Assembly (NCBI GenBank): GCA_965279525.1
Contig: CBDIIB010000004.1
Location: 32,001-96,000 of the forward strand
Source: Tagaea sp.
GTDB taxonomy: Bacteria > Pseudomonadota > Alphaproteobacteria > CACIAM-22H2
Reading direction: 5' to 3'
Length of the DNA stretch: 64,000 nt
The position numbers were made by a program, and so were the translations under genes. Numbering within the stretch: the stretch's first letter is position 1; each line of letters starts with the position of its first letter. Positions 27,090-35,794 of the stretch are shown piece after piece. The notes below the pieces were generated by a model that did not search any database, was not told the DNA's origin, and saw only the letters and a list, made by a program, of their open reading frames with translations.

Positions 27090-29042
27090 TCAGCGCACCA
27101 GCAGGCGTGCCGCGTCCTCGAACATGCGGCGCAGACGCGTGGGCTCGGCCCATTCCTCCAGATCGATGTCCCCGGTACGCACGCCGCGGAACAGCATGTT
27201 GCGGTCCATGTGGCGTAGCGCCAGTAACTGGTTGGGCCAAAGGCCACCTAGGTCCATGACGGCCTTAGCACGCACCTGGCGCAACGCCTCGGGTTCGTCG
27301 CGCCCGCTCTGGGCAAGGCTTCGGTCCAGCTCGCCCAGATTGGCGTCGAATCCTGTTACGCGGCGCGGCGTCAGAAGGATGATGACCGACTTGGTGTAGT
27401 CGCGCCCGGTGCGGCGCTGGAAGAAGTACTGCAGCCCGGGAATGTCGCGCAGCACCGGTACGCCGCTCGACGTCGAGGTGATCTCGCGCTCGCTGAGGCC
27501 GGACAGGATCAGCGTCTCGTCGAAGCGCAGTCGGACATTGGCCGCGACCATGTTGCGCGATGTCTGGACGGACTGCGTGAAGGTCGCCGACGCGGCCGTC
27601 GTCTCGAAGAAGGAGCGCGCCGCCTTGACGCTGACCAGCATCGAATCATCATCGATGAAGGTGGGCGTCACCGAGAGGCTGACGCCCACCGGTTTGTCGT
27701 TGATCGTGCCGCCGCCCTGCGTGCTTACCAGCGCCACCGACACAGTCGACCCTGAGAAGAACTGAGCCGCCTGCCGGTCGAGCGCGAGAAGGCTCGGCCG
27801 CGCGATGATGTCGGCACTCTGGTCCGACGCATTGGCGATGTTGAGCGAGTAGCTGATACCGCCGCCGCTGGTCGTGCCGAGCGACAGAACGTCGGCGACT
27901 GAACCGGTGCGTGTCGTCGAGCTATTCGTTCCACGCGTTTGGTTGAGCGTACGTGAGACAAAGACGTTGAGGTTGTCGAGGAGGTTTACACCGTAGCCGT
28001 ACGACGTGACGTCGTCTGAACGCAGCAGCACGGCGTCGATCACCGCCATGCGCGGCATCGCGGAGCCGCGGCATGGGGCGGGAAGGGCGGGAAGGGCGAC
28101 GGTTTCGTCGCCGGTGGGCGATGAACTGTAGCCGGATGAACTTGCACCGCCATAGCTCGGGTTCGCCTGCTGCTGGTTGATTGCCTGCTGGCAGTCGAAC
28201 CAGGCCGGCGCGACTGGACCGCCAGCCGACGCCGTCGTCGGGGCGCCTGCGGCCGCAGCGGGTGTCATGGGCGCAGACGGGGACGTCACAGGCGCTGCCG
28301 GAGCCTGGGCCAGCAACGTTTCGCGGACGCTCTGCCATTGGCCGATCCGCCTCTCCATAATCTGACGCGTCGGCTCGTCGACTCCGGCCTCGGAGAGGAT
28401 GGTGTTGCTGCGCTCTTGCAGGCCAGCGGCGGCATAGATGAGCGAAGCGCTTGCCGCGACGCGCGCATTGTCCGGCTTTGCGAGCGACCGCGCGCGTTCG
28501 GTCGCCCACAGCGCCAGGTCGAAATCGCCGGCACCGTACGAAGCGGCAGCGAGAAGTCGGAGCGCTTCGACACTGTCCCCTTCAATGTCCAGGACGTATG
28601 CAGCGACACGCTGTGCCGCGGCATGGCGACCGATCTCCAGATAGAGGCGGGTAAGCTGAATGCCTGCAGCGACAAAATCGCGGCGCTGGTCGAGGGCAGC
28701 GAGGTAGCCAGTCTCGGCGAGTTCGGCGTAACCTCGATCACCGGCACGCACGCGTAGGTGATAGGAGAGCGCGTTCATGTGGTTGAGCGCGGCATTGCGC
28801 GGGTCGTTCTGGAGCGCTAGGGAGAACGCCCGATTGGCTTCCGCCGCGTCGCCTCGGGCGATGGAGTCGAGCCCACGTTGGGCGGCCTGAGCGGCCGCTC
28901 CTCGGGCTCGCTCGATGCGGATCGGCTCAAAGTTGGGGCCGAGCGCAACCTGATCGTGCGCGCACCCGGCGAGCACCGCTACGACTGCGGTAGCCAGACC
29001 CCAACTACTGAAGATGCTTGACTTGATCGCGATTCGCACCAT
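27090..29042 (-). CDS. Lipoprotein secretin with N-terminal TPR-like region
   Basis: Lipobox LAGC; helical repeats; C-terminal ARPSLLAL, VGVSLSVTP, GVPVLRDIPGLQYFF, IILLTPR secretin motifs. Confidence 0.85.
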   Translation of the reverse strand: MVRIAIKSSIFSSWGLATAVVAVLAGCAHDQVALGPNFEPIRIERARGAAAQAAQRGLDSIARGDAAEANRAFSLALQNDPRNAALNHMNALSYHLRVRAGDRGYAELAETGYLAALDQRRDFVAAGIQLTRLYLEIGRHAAAQRVAAYVLDIEGDSVEALRLLAAASYGAGDFDLALWATERARSLAKPDNARVAASASLIYAAAGLQERSNTILSEAGVDEPTRQIMERRIGQWQSVRETLLAQAPAAPVTSPSAPMTPAAAAGAPTTASAGGPVAPAWFDCQQAINQQQANPSYGGASSSGYSSSPTGDETVALPALPAPCRGSAMPRMAVIDAVLLRSDDVTSYGYGVNLLDNLNVFVSRTLNQTRGTNSSTTRTGSVADVLSLGTTSGGGISYSLNIANASDQSADIIARPSLLALDRQAAQFFSGSTVSVALVSTQGGGTINDKPVGVSLSVTPTFIDDDSMLVSVKAARSFFETTAASATFTQSVQTSRNMVAANVRLRFDETLILSGLSEREITSTSSGVPVLRDIPGLQYFFQRRTGRDYTKSVIILLTPRRVTGFDANLGELDRSLAQSGRDEPEALRQVRAKAVMDLGGLWPNQLLALRHMDRNMLFRGVRTGDIDLEEWAEPTRLRRMFEDAARLLVR

Positions 29043-29072
29043 GGCTTATTTTCATATCAAGGAGCGAGCGTC

Positions 29073-29252
29073 ATGAACACCACCTTCGTGCTGCTGTTAA
29101 CTTTTTTCACTGCAAACAACCCACCGACGGCCGCCCTTGCGCACGAGTTTGACGGGAAGGCCGCCTGCGAGCAAGCCGGTCGAGCGGCGTCGGACGGCTT
29201 CCGACACGCGGCACACATTCAGGTCCGCTATGTCTGCGTACCGAAGGCCTGA
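29073..29252 (+). CDS. 59-aa small protein with hydrophobic N-terminus and two Cys
   Basis: AAGGAG RBS; MNTTFVLLLTFF...EFDGKAACEQAG...YVCVPKA*; below ORF-track cutoff. Confidence 0.6.
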   Translation: MNTTFVLLLTFFTANNPPTAALAHEFDGKAACEQAGRAASDGFRHAAHIQVRYVCVPKA

Positions 29253-29428
29253 ATGCATCGAACATGGCTGCGCCGGTATGCCGATTGCCGGTGGCCGAGG
29301 TGGTGATCGCTCTTTGCTGAAGGATGGGTTCTTAGCTAATTTGAGTATTCGTTCTGTTCTCGGAATCGGTTGCATTGACGCCAATCGACGAACGCGACGT
29401 CGGAGATTTTGTACATTGGAGGCGACTG

Positions 29429-29878
29429 GTGCTGGCAAAATTGAGCTGCCTTGTGATCGCGGTACTTGCGTCGTATTCGCTACCGGTTTTGGCGCAAGGC
29501 GCAGCCCAATGCCTTCGGCCGGACGTACTAAGCCGCAATCAGCGCTGCATGATGAATGTCTGCTCCCAGACCGTGACGTTGTGGCACTGCTTTCCGGACT
29601 CTGATGGGCCGCTCGGATGCGCGGCGACAGACGGTGGCGCCTTCACAGTGATTGCACCGGGCTATTGCGCGGATATGCATGTCGGCTACGAGAACGCGCT
29701 CGTCTCGAAGCCCATCCGATACTCAGCGTGTCTCGGCGCCAATACTGTCCGCCATGTGGTGCGTGGCACCAGCGTCACCTGCTCCGATCCCCAGGAGAAC
29801 GCAGGAACACGCGGTTTGCCCGCACTTCCCGGACGCCTGCCCCTGCCGGTCTACACGCATTACCATCCGCTGAACTGA
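29429..29878 (+). CDS. Secreted Cys-rich hypothetical protein (8 Cys in mature part)
   Basis: GGAGG RBS before GTG 29429; signal ending VLA-Q. Confidence 0.65.
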   Translation: MLAKLSCLVIAVLASYSLPVLAQGAAQCLRPDVLSRNQRCMMNVCSQTVTLWHCFPDSDGPLGCAATDGGAFTVIAPGYCADMHVGYENALVSKPIRYSACLGANTVRHVVRGTSVTCSDPQENAGTRGLPALPGRLPLPVYTHYHPLN

Positions 29879-29888
29879 CGACGACTAA

Positions 29889-30767
29889 ATGCGTCTTCGG
29901 TCCGTCTTTGTTGCCGTAGTGTTGGCATTTTCTGCCGGCGGAGTTCTGGCGCAGTCGCCGGACCGCCCGCCTGCGGAACTTGTACAAGGGCGTACCGAGT
30001 TCGCGCGCAAGAACTTCAACGGTGCATACTTATTGCTGCTGCCCTTCGCCCATCGCGGAAATGCCGAGGCTCAGTTTCTGCTTGGCCGGATGTCGGACGA
30101 GGGAGGGGGCGGGATCGCGCTAGATCCGCGCGAGGCCGCGCGCTGGTACCGGCAGGCGGCATCGCTCGACTATGCGCCCGCGCACTATATGCTCGCGATG
30201 GCGTATGCGACGGGACGCGGCGTGACACAGACGCCGACGCTGGCGCTCGATCATCTCGAGAAAGCGGCAAGTCTTGACTACACGCCAGCGATCCTCGATC
30301 TCGCATCACTTTACGACGATGGCCGCGGCGTCGAGCCGGATCGTCCACGCGGCTATGCCCTGTTCCGGCGCGCGGCCGATCTCGGCAATACCGAGGCGCG
30401 CTTTGTCGTCGGCGAACGGCTGACGAGCGGCGACGGGACGGATCCCAATCGGGACGAGGCGCGCCGCTGGTACCAGCTCGCCGCCGGCCGTGGCCATCCG
30501 GGCGCCATGTTCCGGTTGGCGCAGATCGGCTATGGGCTCGACAAGGGCAACGATTCACGTGTCGTCGCCTATGCGTTCCTCACTCTCGCGATGCAGCGAG
30601 GTGCTTCCTATATTCGCGGCGAGGCGCAGAAGCTGCGAGACCAGCTCGCGCGCACGATGATCCAGACAGATATCGATCAGGCAATGCAGCGCGTGCGCAG
30701 TTGGAAACCGTCTCCCCCTATGCCGGGCGACGCATTCGATCCGGACGACCCCTATAACAGTCCTTAG
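29889..30767 (+). CDS. Sel1-repeat periplasmic/secreted protein
   Basis: Signal peptide; repeated AQFxLG..G.G....A..WY..AA..G motifs. Confidence 0.92.
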   Translation: MRLRSVFVAVVLAFSAGGVLAQSPDRPPAELVQGRTEFARKNFNGAYLLLLPFAHRGNAEAQFLLGRMSDEGGGGIALDPREAARWYRQAASLDYAPAHYMLAMAYATGRGVTQTPTLALDHLEKAASLDYTPAILDLASLYDDGRGVEPDRPRGYALFRRAADLGNTEARFVVGERLTSGDGTDPNRDEARRWYQLAAGRGHPGAMFRLAQIGYGLDKGNDSRVVAYAFLTLAMQRGASYIRGEAQKLRDQLARTMIQTDIDQAMQRVRSWKPSPPMPGDAFDPDDPYNSP

Positions 30768-30806
30768 GACGCATGATGCGCGAGGCGTGATCCGATCTGG
30801 CTGCGC

Positions 30807-30925
30807 TTGGTTTCCACTCGTTTCCCTTAAATGCCGGAAAATACGGAAAATGACATTGAAATCATTGAGATTTAGGAAAGCTGGGGGACTGGGGGTCGCA
30901 GGTTCGAATCCTGTCGCTCCGACCA
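30807..30925 (+). repeat. att junction 3: conserved arm plus tRNA-Pro 3'-half repeat
   Basis: Exact 45-bp repeat at 30881-30925 beginning at the anticodon loop. Confidence 0.95.
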
Positions 30926-30931
30926 TCAAAG

Positions 30932-30965
30932 AAGCCCGCCGCCGGGAAGCCGGTCGGCGGGCTTT
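30932..30965 (+). terminator. Hairpin terminator type B, second copy
   Basis: AAGCCCGCCGCCGG-gaag-CCGGTCGGCGGGCTTT. Confidence 0.7.
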
Positions 30966-30985
30966 GAAGTCTTCGACGAAAACCT

Positions 30986-32032
30986 TCAAACGATGTTCGA
31001 GTCTATTTCGACGAGCTTCCGGGCGACATCCTCAGGCGAATTGCCAAGAAGCGTAGGGTTGGCACGTATCAGAACACGATCTCCATCGACGTCCCCTAGC
31101 ACTATGCCGGACTCCCGGGCTTTCACCTTGAAGGTCGCGACGCCGGAATTCGGCTTTAGCCAGACGCAGTTTGTTGGGGCATCTCCTACAGGGATCAATG
31201 TCGGGCCATCGGTCATAGAGAGCGAGTGCGCGAACGCATTACGCCATTCAAGGCTGCGTTTCCAGTCCGGTTCGAGCCGGTCGATTTCCGCCAGCACGAC
31301 GGCGGCGATCGGCCAGAGTTGGGGCAGCGCGCCCCCGTGGCGGCGGCGATCATGTTCGACGCCGTCGAGCAGTTCGACCGGTCCTGCGAGGACAGCGCCG
31401 AAGGGCAGGCCGAACATCTTCCAGAGCGACAGGTAGATCGTGTCGTAGTCGGCGGAGAATTCCGCCATCGACCTGCCGGCTGCCGCTGCGGCGATCGGAA
31501 GGCGTGCGCCGTCCAGATGCAGGCCGATCCCGAGCTGGCGCGCCGTCGCGATCGTGTCGGCGAGGAGGTCGGCCGGGTATGCTTCGTTCCGGCGGCGACG
31601 GACAGGCGTTTCAATGCATATAGCGCCCAGCGACTGGGCGACCTTGCCGGTCCGGGCGCTCGCGGCGGCATCGCGCACCGCCTGGCCCGGGAAGCCGGCA
31701 CCGGCGGGCGTGGCCGCGACGACGGTCAGGCCCATGATGGCGGCAAGCGAATCGCCCGTGTCGTTCATCACGTGGCTGTCTGGATGCACGAGCACGCGGC
31801 GTGCGCGCGGTCCGCAGAGCCGGTCGAGTGCGATCATGTTCGCGAGCGTTCCGGTCGGAAAGAGGACGGCGCGCGCCTTACCGAGAAGTTTTGCAAGTGC
31901 GGCTTCGCATTCGCGCACGAGCGGCCCCTCGCCATAGCTGTCCGGCGCGGCGACGCGGCCGAGAGCCGCCGACAGGCGCGGCACGAAGCTCGTGTCGGCG
32001 TAGGCGCCGTCGACGTCGAGATGGATTGCCAT
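30986..32032 (-). CDS. PLP-dependent threonine-aldolase-like lyase
   Basis: PTGTLAN, LHLDGARL, SLWK PLP lysine; start MAIHLD. Confidence 0.85.
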   Translation of the reverse strand: MAIHLDVDGAYADTSFVPRLSAALGRVAAPDSYGEGPLVRECEAALAKLLGKARAVLFPTGTLANMIALDRLCGPRARRVLVHPDSHVMNDTGDSLAAIMGLTVVAATPAGAGFPGQAVRDAAASARTGKVAQSLGAICIETPVRRRRNEAYPADLLADTIATARQLGIGLHLDGARLPIAAAAAGRSMAEFSADYDTIYLSLWKMFGLPFGAVLAGPVELLDGVEHDRRRHGGALPQLWPIAAVVLAEIDRLEPDWKRSLEWRNAFAHSLSMTDGPTLIPVGDAPTNCVWLKPNSGVATFKVKARESGIVLGDVDGDRVLIRANPTLLGNSPEDVARKLVEIDSNIV

Positions 32033-32043
32033 TCGTTGCTCCT

Positions 32044-33558
32044 TCAGATGCCCGGCCGCTTTCCGAAAGCCATCGCCGCGGCTTCCGCCGAAAGCCGCTT
32101 GCGATCCGGCTTGTTGGTCGCCGCCAGCGGAATCTCGTCCCTGAACGAGACGAAGCGGGGATGTGCGAAGGCCGGTCCGTTCGCGAGCGCGAATGCCTTC
32201 ACGTCGGCCTCCGTCGCGGCTGTGCCGGGCGTGCGGACCACGAAGGCGAAGGGAACGGTCCCCTTCACGTCGTCGGGTACCGGCACCACGCAGGCCTGAT
32301 GGATTCCGGGCATCCGTTCGAGCAGGCGTTCGACCTCGCCGGGCCAGACGTTCTCCCCGCCGACGACGAACATGTCGTCCGCGCGCCCGACGAAATAGTA
32401 GAAACCGTCCGCGTCCCGCCGGAAGATGTCGCCTGACCTGTACCAGCCGTCGCGCAGGACTTCGGCGGTCTTCGCAGGCAGGTTCTTGTAACCCTCCATC
32501 ATCATCGGGTTGCGCATGTAGAGCACACCCTCGTCGGGTCCGGGGCCCTCGCGCAGTTCGACCTGGCTGCCCGGAACAGGATAGCCGCAGGCAAGCGGCG
32601 GGCGCGGGATGCCGGCCGGATGGATGCCGAAGGGGGCCGGCCCCGCTTCGGTCGTGCCGTAGCTGTTGTTGATCAACGCCTTGGGGAAGATCGACTGGAC
32701 CTTGTCGATCAGGGCCTGGGTGAGCGGCGCCGAGCCCATCGTAACGTTGGTCACCGAAGAAAAGTCCAGACCGCCGACAAGCTCGCGCTCGCGCGCGACG
32801 AGCGCCAGCATCGTAGGCACCGAGGTCAGCCACGTCACCGCAAACCGCTCGATCGCCCGGGCATAGAGTTTGGCATCGAATGCCGGCAGCAGGACGATGC
32901 TCGACCCGGCAGCAAGGGCACCCTTGATGCTGATCGTCGCGTTCATGTGGAACATCGGTGCACCGACGATATAGCGGTGGTGCGAACGGTCACCGTAGAG
33001 CTTCGCCGAGGTCTCCAGCGACCAGCGCTGTGAATCGTGAGACAGGAGAACGCCCTTGGGCATGCCGGTCGAACCCGACGTGTAGAGGATCATCGCCAGT
33101 TCGCGCGGATCGGGCTCGACCGTGTCGAAAGGACCGGGATCCCGGAGTGCTGCATAGCTTCCGTCGTCGAAACCGAAGCCGGGCAGCCCGGCCGGTCGCA
33201 AGTCCGCGCGGTCGCGGTCGTAGAAGACCGCGCGCAGGCCGGAGTCCGAAACGATATGGGCAACAGTCTCGCGTGCGAGCTTGAACGAGATCGGGACCGC
33301 GACCATGCCTGCACGCATGATGCCGAAATAGGCGTAGAGCAGTTCGAGCCGGTTCAGCGACATGATCCCGATGGCATCGCCGCGCGCGAAGCCCTGTGCC
33401 ACGAGCCCGCGGGCCACGGCATCGCACTCGCGATCGAAACTGGCATAGGTCGCCTCGCGCGGCGCGTTCCAGTCGGCAAGATCGATCAGCGCGATCTTGT
33501 CGGGCGAAACCGAGGCATCGAAACAGCGGCCGAGATTGCGGGATGGGATAGGCATCAT
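32044..33558 (-). CDS. Class I adenylate-forming enzyme (acyl-CoA ligase-like)
   Basis: YTSGSTGMPKG, YGTTE, SGD, GRADD. Confidence 0.93.
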   Translation of the reverse strand: MMPIPSRNLGRCFDASVSPDKIALIDLADWNAPREATYASFDRECDAVARGLVAQGFARGDAIGIMSLNRLELLYAYFGIMRAGMVAVPISFKLARETVAHIVSDSGLRAVFYDRDRADLRPAGLPGFGFDDGSYAALRDPGPFDTVEPDPRELAMILYTSGSTGMPKGVLLSHDSQRWSLETSAKLYGDRSHHRYIVGAPMFHMNATISIKGALAAGSSIVLLPAFDAKLYARAIERFAVTWLTSVPTMLALVARERELVGGLDFSSVTNVTMGSAPLTQALIDKVQSIFPKALINNSYGTTEAGPAPFGIHPAGIPRPPLACGYPVPGSQVELREGPGPDEGVLYMRNPMMMEGYKNLPAKTAEVLRDGWYRSGDIFRRDADGFYYFVGRADDMFVVGGENVWPGEVERLLERMPGIHQACVVPVPDDVKGTVPFAFVVRTPGTAATEADVKAFALANGPAFAHPRFVSFRDEIPLAATNKPDRKRLSAEAAAMAFGKRPGI

Positions 33559-33566
33559 GTTCTCCG

Positions 33567-35042
33567 TTATGCGGCTGCAGCCATGCGCCCGGCGATCCGC
33601 CCGCCGACGAAACTTTCCGCGATGTTCCCGCCCGACATGTAGAGATGGCCGAATACGCTGCCTAATTCGCCAGCGACATAAAGATTTGGCACCGGACTGC
33701 CGAACGCGTCGAGGACCCGCTGTTGCGGATCGTGGGCGAGCCCACCCTGCGTGTTCGAGACGATCGGCCAGACGGCGGCTGCCGAGAAGGGTGGTGTGGC
33801 GATCGGCACCATGCTGCCGGGCGGCCGGCCATAAGCATCGTCCCGGCCGGCAGCACATGCTTCGTTCCATGCGGCGACTGTCCGCTCGAAGGCTGCTGGA
33901 TCGATGTCGAACTTCGCGGCGATTTCCGGGAGCGTGTCGGCCTGCGTCAGGATGCGGGCATCGAAATCCCGCGGCGTGCTGTCGCGATACTTCGCGGCCA
34001 CGCCGGCATCGTTCCAGGTTGGCGCGCTTAGCGGATAGCGCTCGCGGCCCTTGGCATCGATCAGCATCAGGGATGGAACGCGCGGAAAGCACTGGCGGAC
34101 CGGGTCGAAGTGTTCGAGCGCGCGATGCCCGGTATCCTGCATGTAGGGATCGTATTCGTTCATGAAGCGCCGCCCGTCGCGGTCGACGAGGATCCATGTC
34201 ATCGCGATGTCCTCGCGCAAGCCATCCGCCGGGTTCCAATCGGGCAGCCGCTTGACGCGCACACCGAATGGATAGGCCGGGTCGGGATGCCGGAAGCCGT
34301 ACGACCCGTGAAAGTGCCACATGTGCCAGAGCTGCGCGCCGGCGGCCTGCCCCATGCGGATGCCGTCGCCGGTGTTGAACGCCACGGCGGCCGACAGGAC
34401 GGGCTTCAGCACCCAGTGCTGGAGCTGCAAGGCCGGGTCGGCTTCGAAGCCGCCGCACGCGAGGACAACGCGGCGTGCCGGAATCGCCGTTCCGCCGGCG
34501 ACGATGCCGGCGGCGGCACCGCCGGCCAGGACGAGCCGCTCGACGGGCGTGCCGAGCCGTACCTCGATGCCGCGCCGTTCGACGTTGCGGCGCACGACTT
34601 CGAAAATACGCGCACCGGCCGGCGATCCGCGGACGTCCGGATAGCTCCGGGCGGGATCGAAGCCCGGGAAATCCTCGACATAGGCAAATCCGAATGTCCG
34701 GTAGCCGGGCAACGGATAATTCGCCGGCGAGGGCCGCACGTCGAGTTTCGCGCCGACCGGTTCGCACAGGGTGCGCGCAAACTCGGCAAGCCCGGCCATG
34801 CCATTCGCCAGCTCGGCAAGGACGGGCTCCGGCGTGGTCCCGGCGTTGGTGGCGACAAGATAGGCAAGTGCTTCGTCCGCGTTTCCGGCAATGCGCAGGC
34901 CGCCGGCCGAGCAGACCGAGATGCCGCCGGGAACCTTGCCTTTCTCGACGATCAGCACGCGCGCACCCGCATCGTGCGCGGCGATCGCCGCCACGCCGCC
35001 GGCAAAGCCATAGCCCACGACGATGACATCGTACCTGGTCAA
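33567..35042 (-). CDS. FAD-dependent oxidoreductase (fumarate reductase/KstD-like flavoprotein family)
   Basis: VVGYGFAG, LACGGFE, NTGDG, NTQGGL, LYVAGE. Confidence 0.88.
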   Translation of the reverse strand: MTRYDVIVVGYGFAGGVAAIAAHDAGARVLIVEKGKVPGGISVCSAGGLRIAGNADEALAYLVATNAGTTPEPVLAELANGMAGLAEFARTLCEPVGAKLDVRPSPANYPLPGYRTFGFAYVEDFPGFDPARSYPDVRGSPAGARIFEVVRRNVERRGIEVRLGTPVERLVLAGGAAAGIVAGGTAIPARRVVLACGGFEADPALQLQHWVLKPVLSAAVAFNTGDGIRMGQAAGAQLWHMWHFHGSYGFRHPDPAYPFGVRVKRLPDWNPADGLREDIAMTWILVDRDGRRFMNEYDPYMQDTGHRALEHFDPVRQCFPRVPSLMLIDAKGRERYPLSAPTWNDAGVAAKYRDSTPRDFDARILTQADTLPEIAAKFDIDPAAFERTVAAWNEACAAGRDDAYGRPPGSMVPIATPPFSAAAVWPIVSNTQGGLAHDPQQRVLDAFGSPVPNLYVAGELGSVFGHLYMSGGNIAESFVGGRIAGRMAAAA

Positions 35043-35794
35043 GTGCCGAGCGCCCGCAGTCCTACGACGAGCTCGCCGACCATTGTCGCCAGCACCGTCC
35101 GGCCCTTCTCTGCGGTCGCCGCGCGCGGGTCGCCGCGCACGCCCGAAACGCTGTGGTCGGGGCCGGCGGCGGGATCGTCGCGGAAGATCGACGGCACGTA
35201 GAAGACCGTGTTGGGCTCGCTCAGCATGTTGCCGTAATCCTCGACCGCGCGGTCGAGATGCACCCGCTCGGGTGCGATCGCCATGACGACCGACGTTTCC
35301 ATCTCGTCGGCATGCCCGCCCAGCTTCTGGCGCATCAGGCCGCGATTGGCGCTTCCGAGTGCGCGGATATTGGCAACGGGGATGCGTACGCCCTTCTTTT
35401 CGAGTGTTTCGCGCACGACGACGGTGACTGGCCCCTCGGTCGACACGCCGGTGTTCACGATGGCGATGCGTCGCGCCTTGTGCCGGATCAGCCCGTCGAC
35501 GATGTCGTGCAGCACGGCGGCGAAGGTTTCCGGGCGCAGATGCTGGCTACCGGGGTAGCCGACAAAGGCGGGGTAGTAGCCGAAATCGACGACCGGCGCG
35601 ACGAGCACGGGAAGTTCCTTCGCAACACCGTCGCACAGCGCGCGGGCGACGAGATAGTCGGTCTGCATGGGCAGATGCGGTCCGTGTTCCTTCGCGCGCG
35701 CACCGATGGGGATCAGGACGGTCGCCTGCTCGATCCGGGCGGCGACTTCCGGCCAGGTCAGGTCCTCGATCCAGGCCCCAGGTGTGTCGGTCAT
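35039..35794 (-). CDS. Creatininase-family amidohydrolase
   Basis: EHGPHLP..D, GHADEMETS. Confidence 0.9.
   Translation of the reverse strand: MTDTPGAWIEDLTWPEVAARIEQATVLIPIGARAKEHGPHLPMQTDYLVARALCDGVAKELPVLVAPVVDFGYYPAFVGYPGSQHLRPETFAAVLHDIVDGLIRHKARRIAIVNTGVSTEGPVTVVVRETLEKKGVRIPVANIRALGSANRGLMRQKLGGHADEMETSVVMAIAPERVHLDRAVEDYGNMLSEPNTVFYVPSIFRDDPAAGPDHSVSGVRGDPRAATAEKGRTVLATMVGELVVGLRALGT

Larger units (their letters stand above)
24595..30925. mobile_element. att-bounded cargo unit 3 (secretin and secreted proteins), no integrase seen
   Basis: Lies between repeats ending 24594 and 30925. Confidence 0.75.

Noticed and set aside
32044-34767. Apparent large fusions in the ORF track (907, 951, 791 and 615 aa)
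   Set aside because: The N-terminal extensions are off-frame overlaps with upstream genes; real starts are internal.
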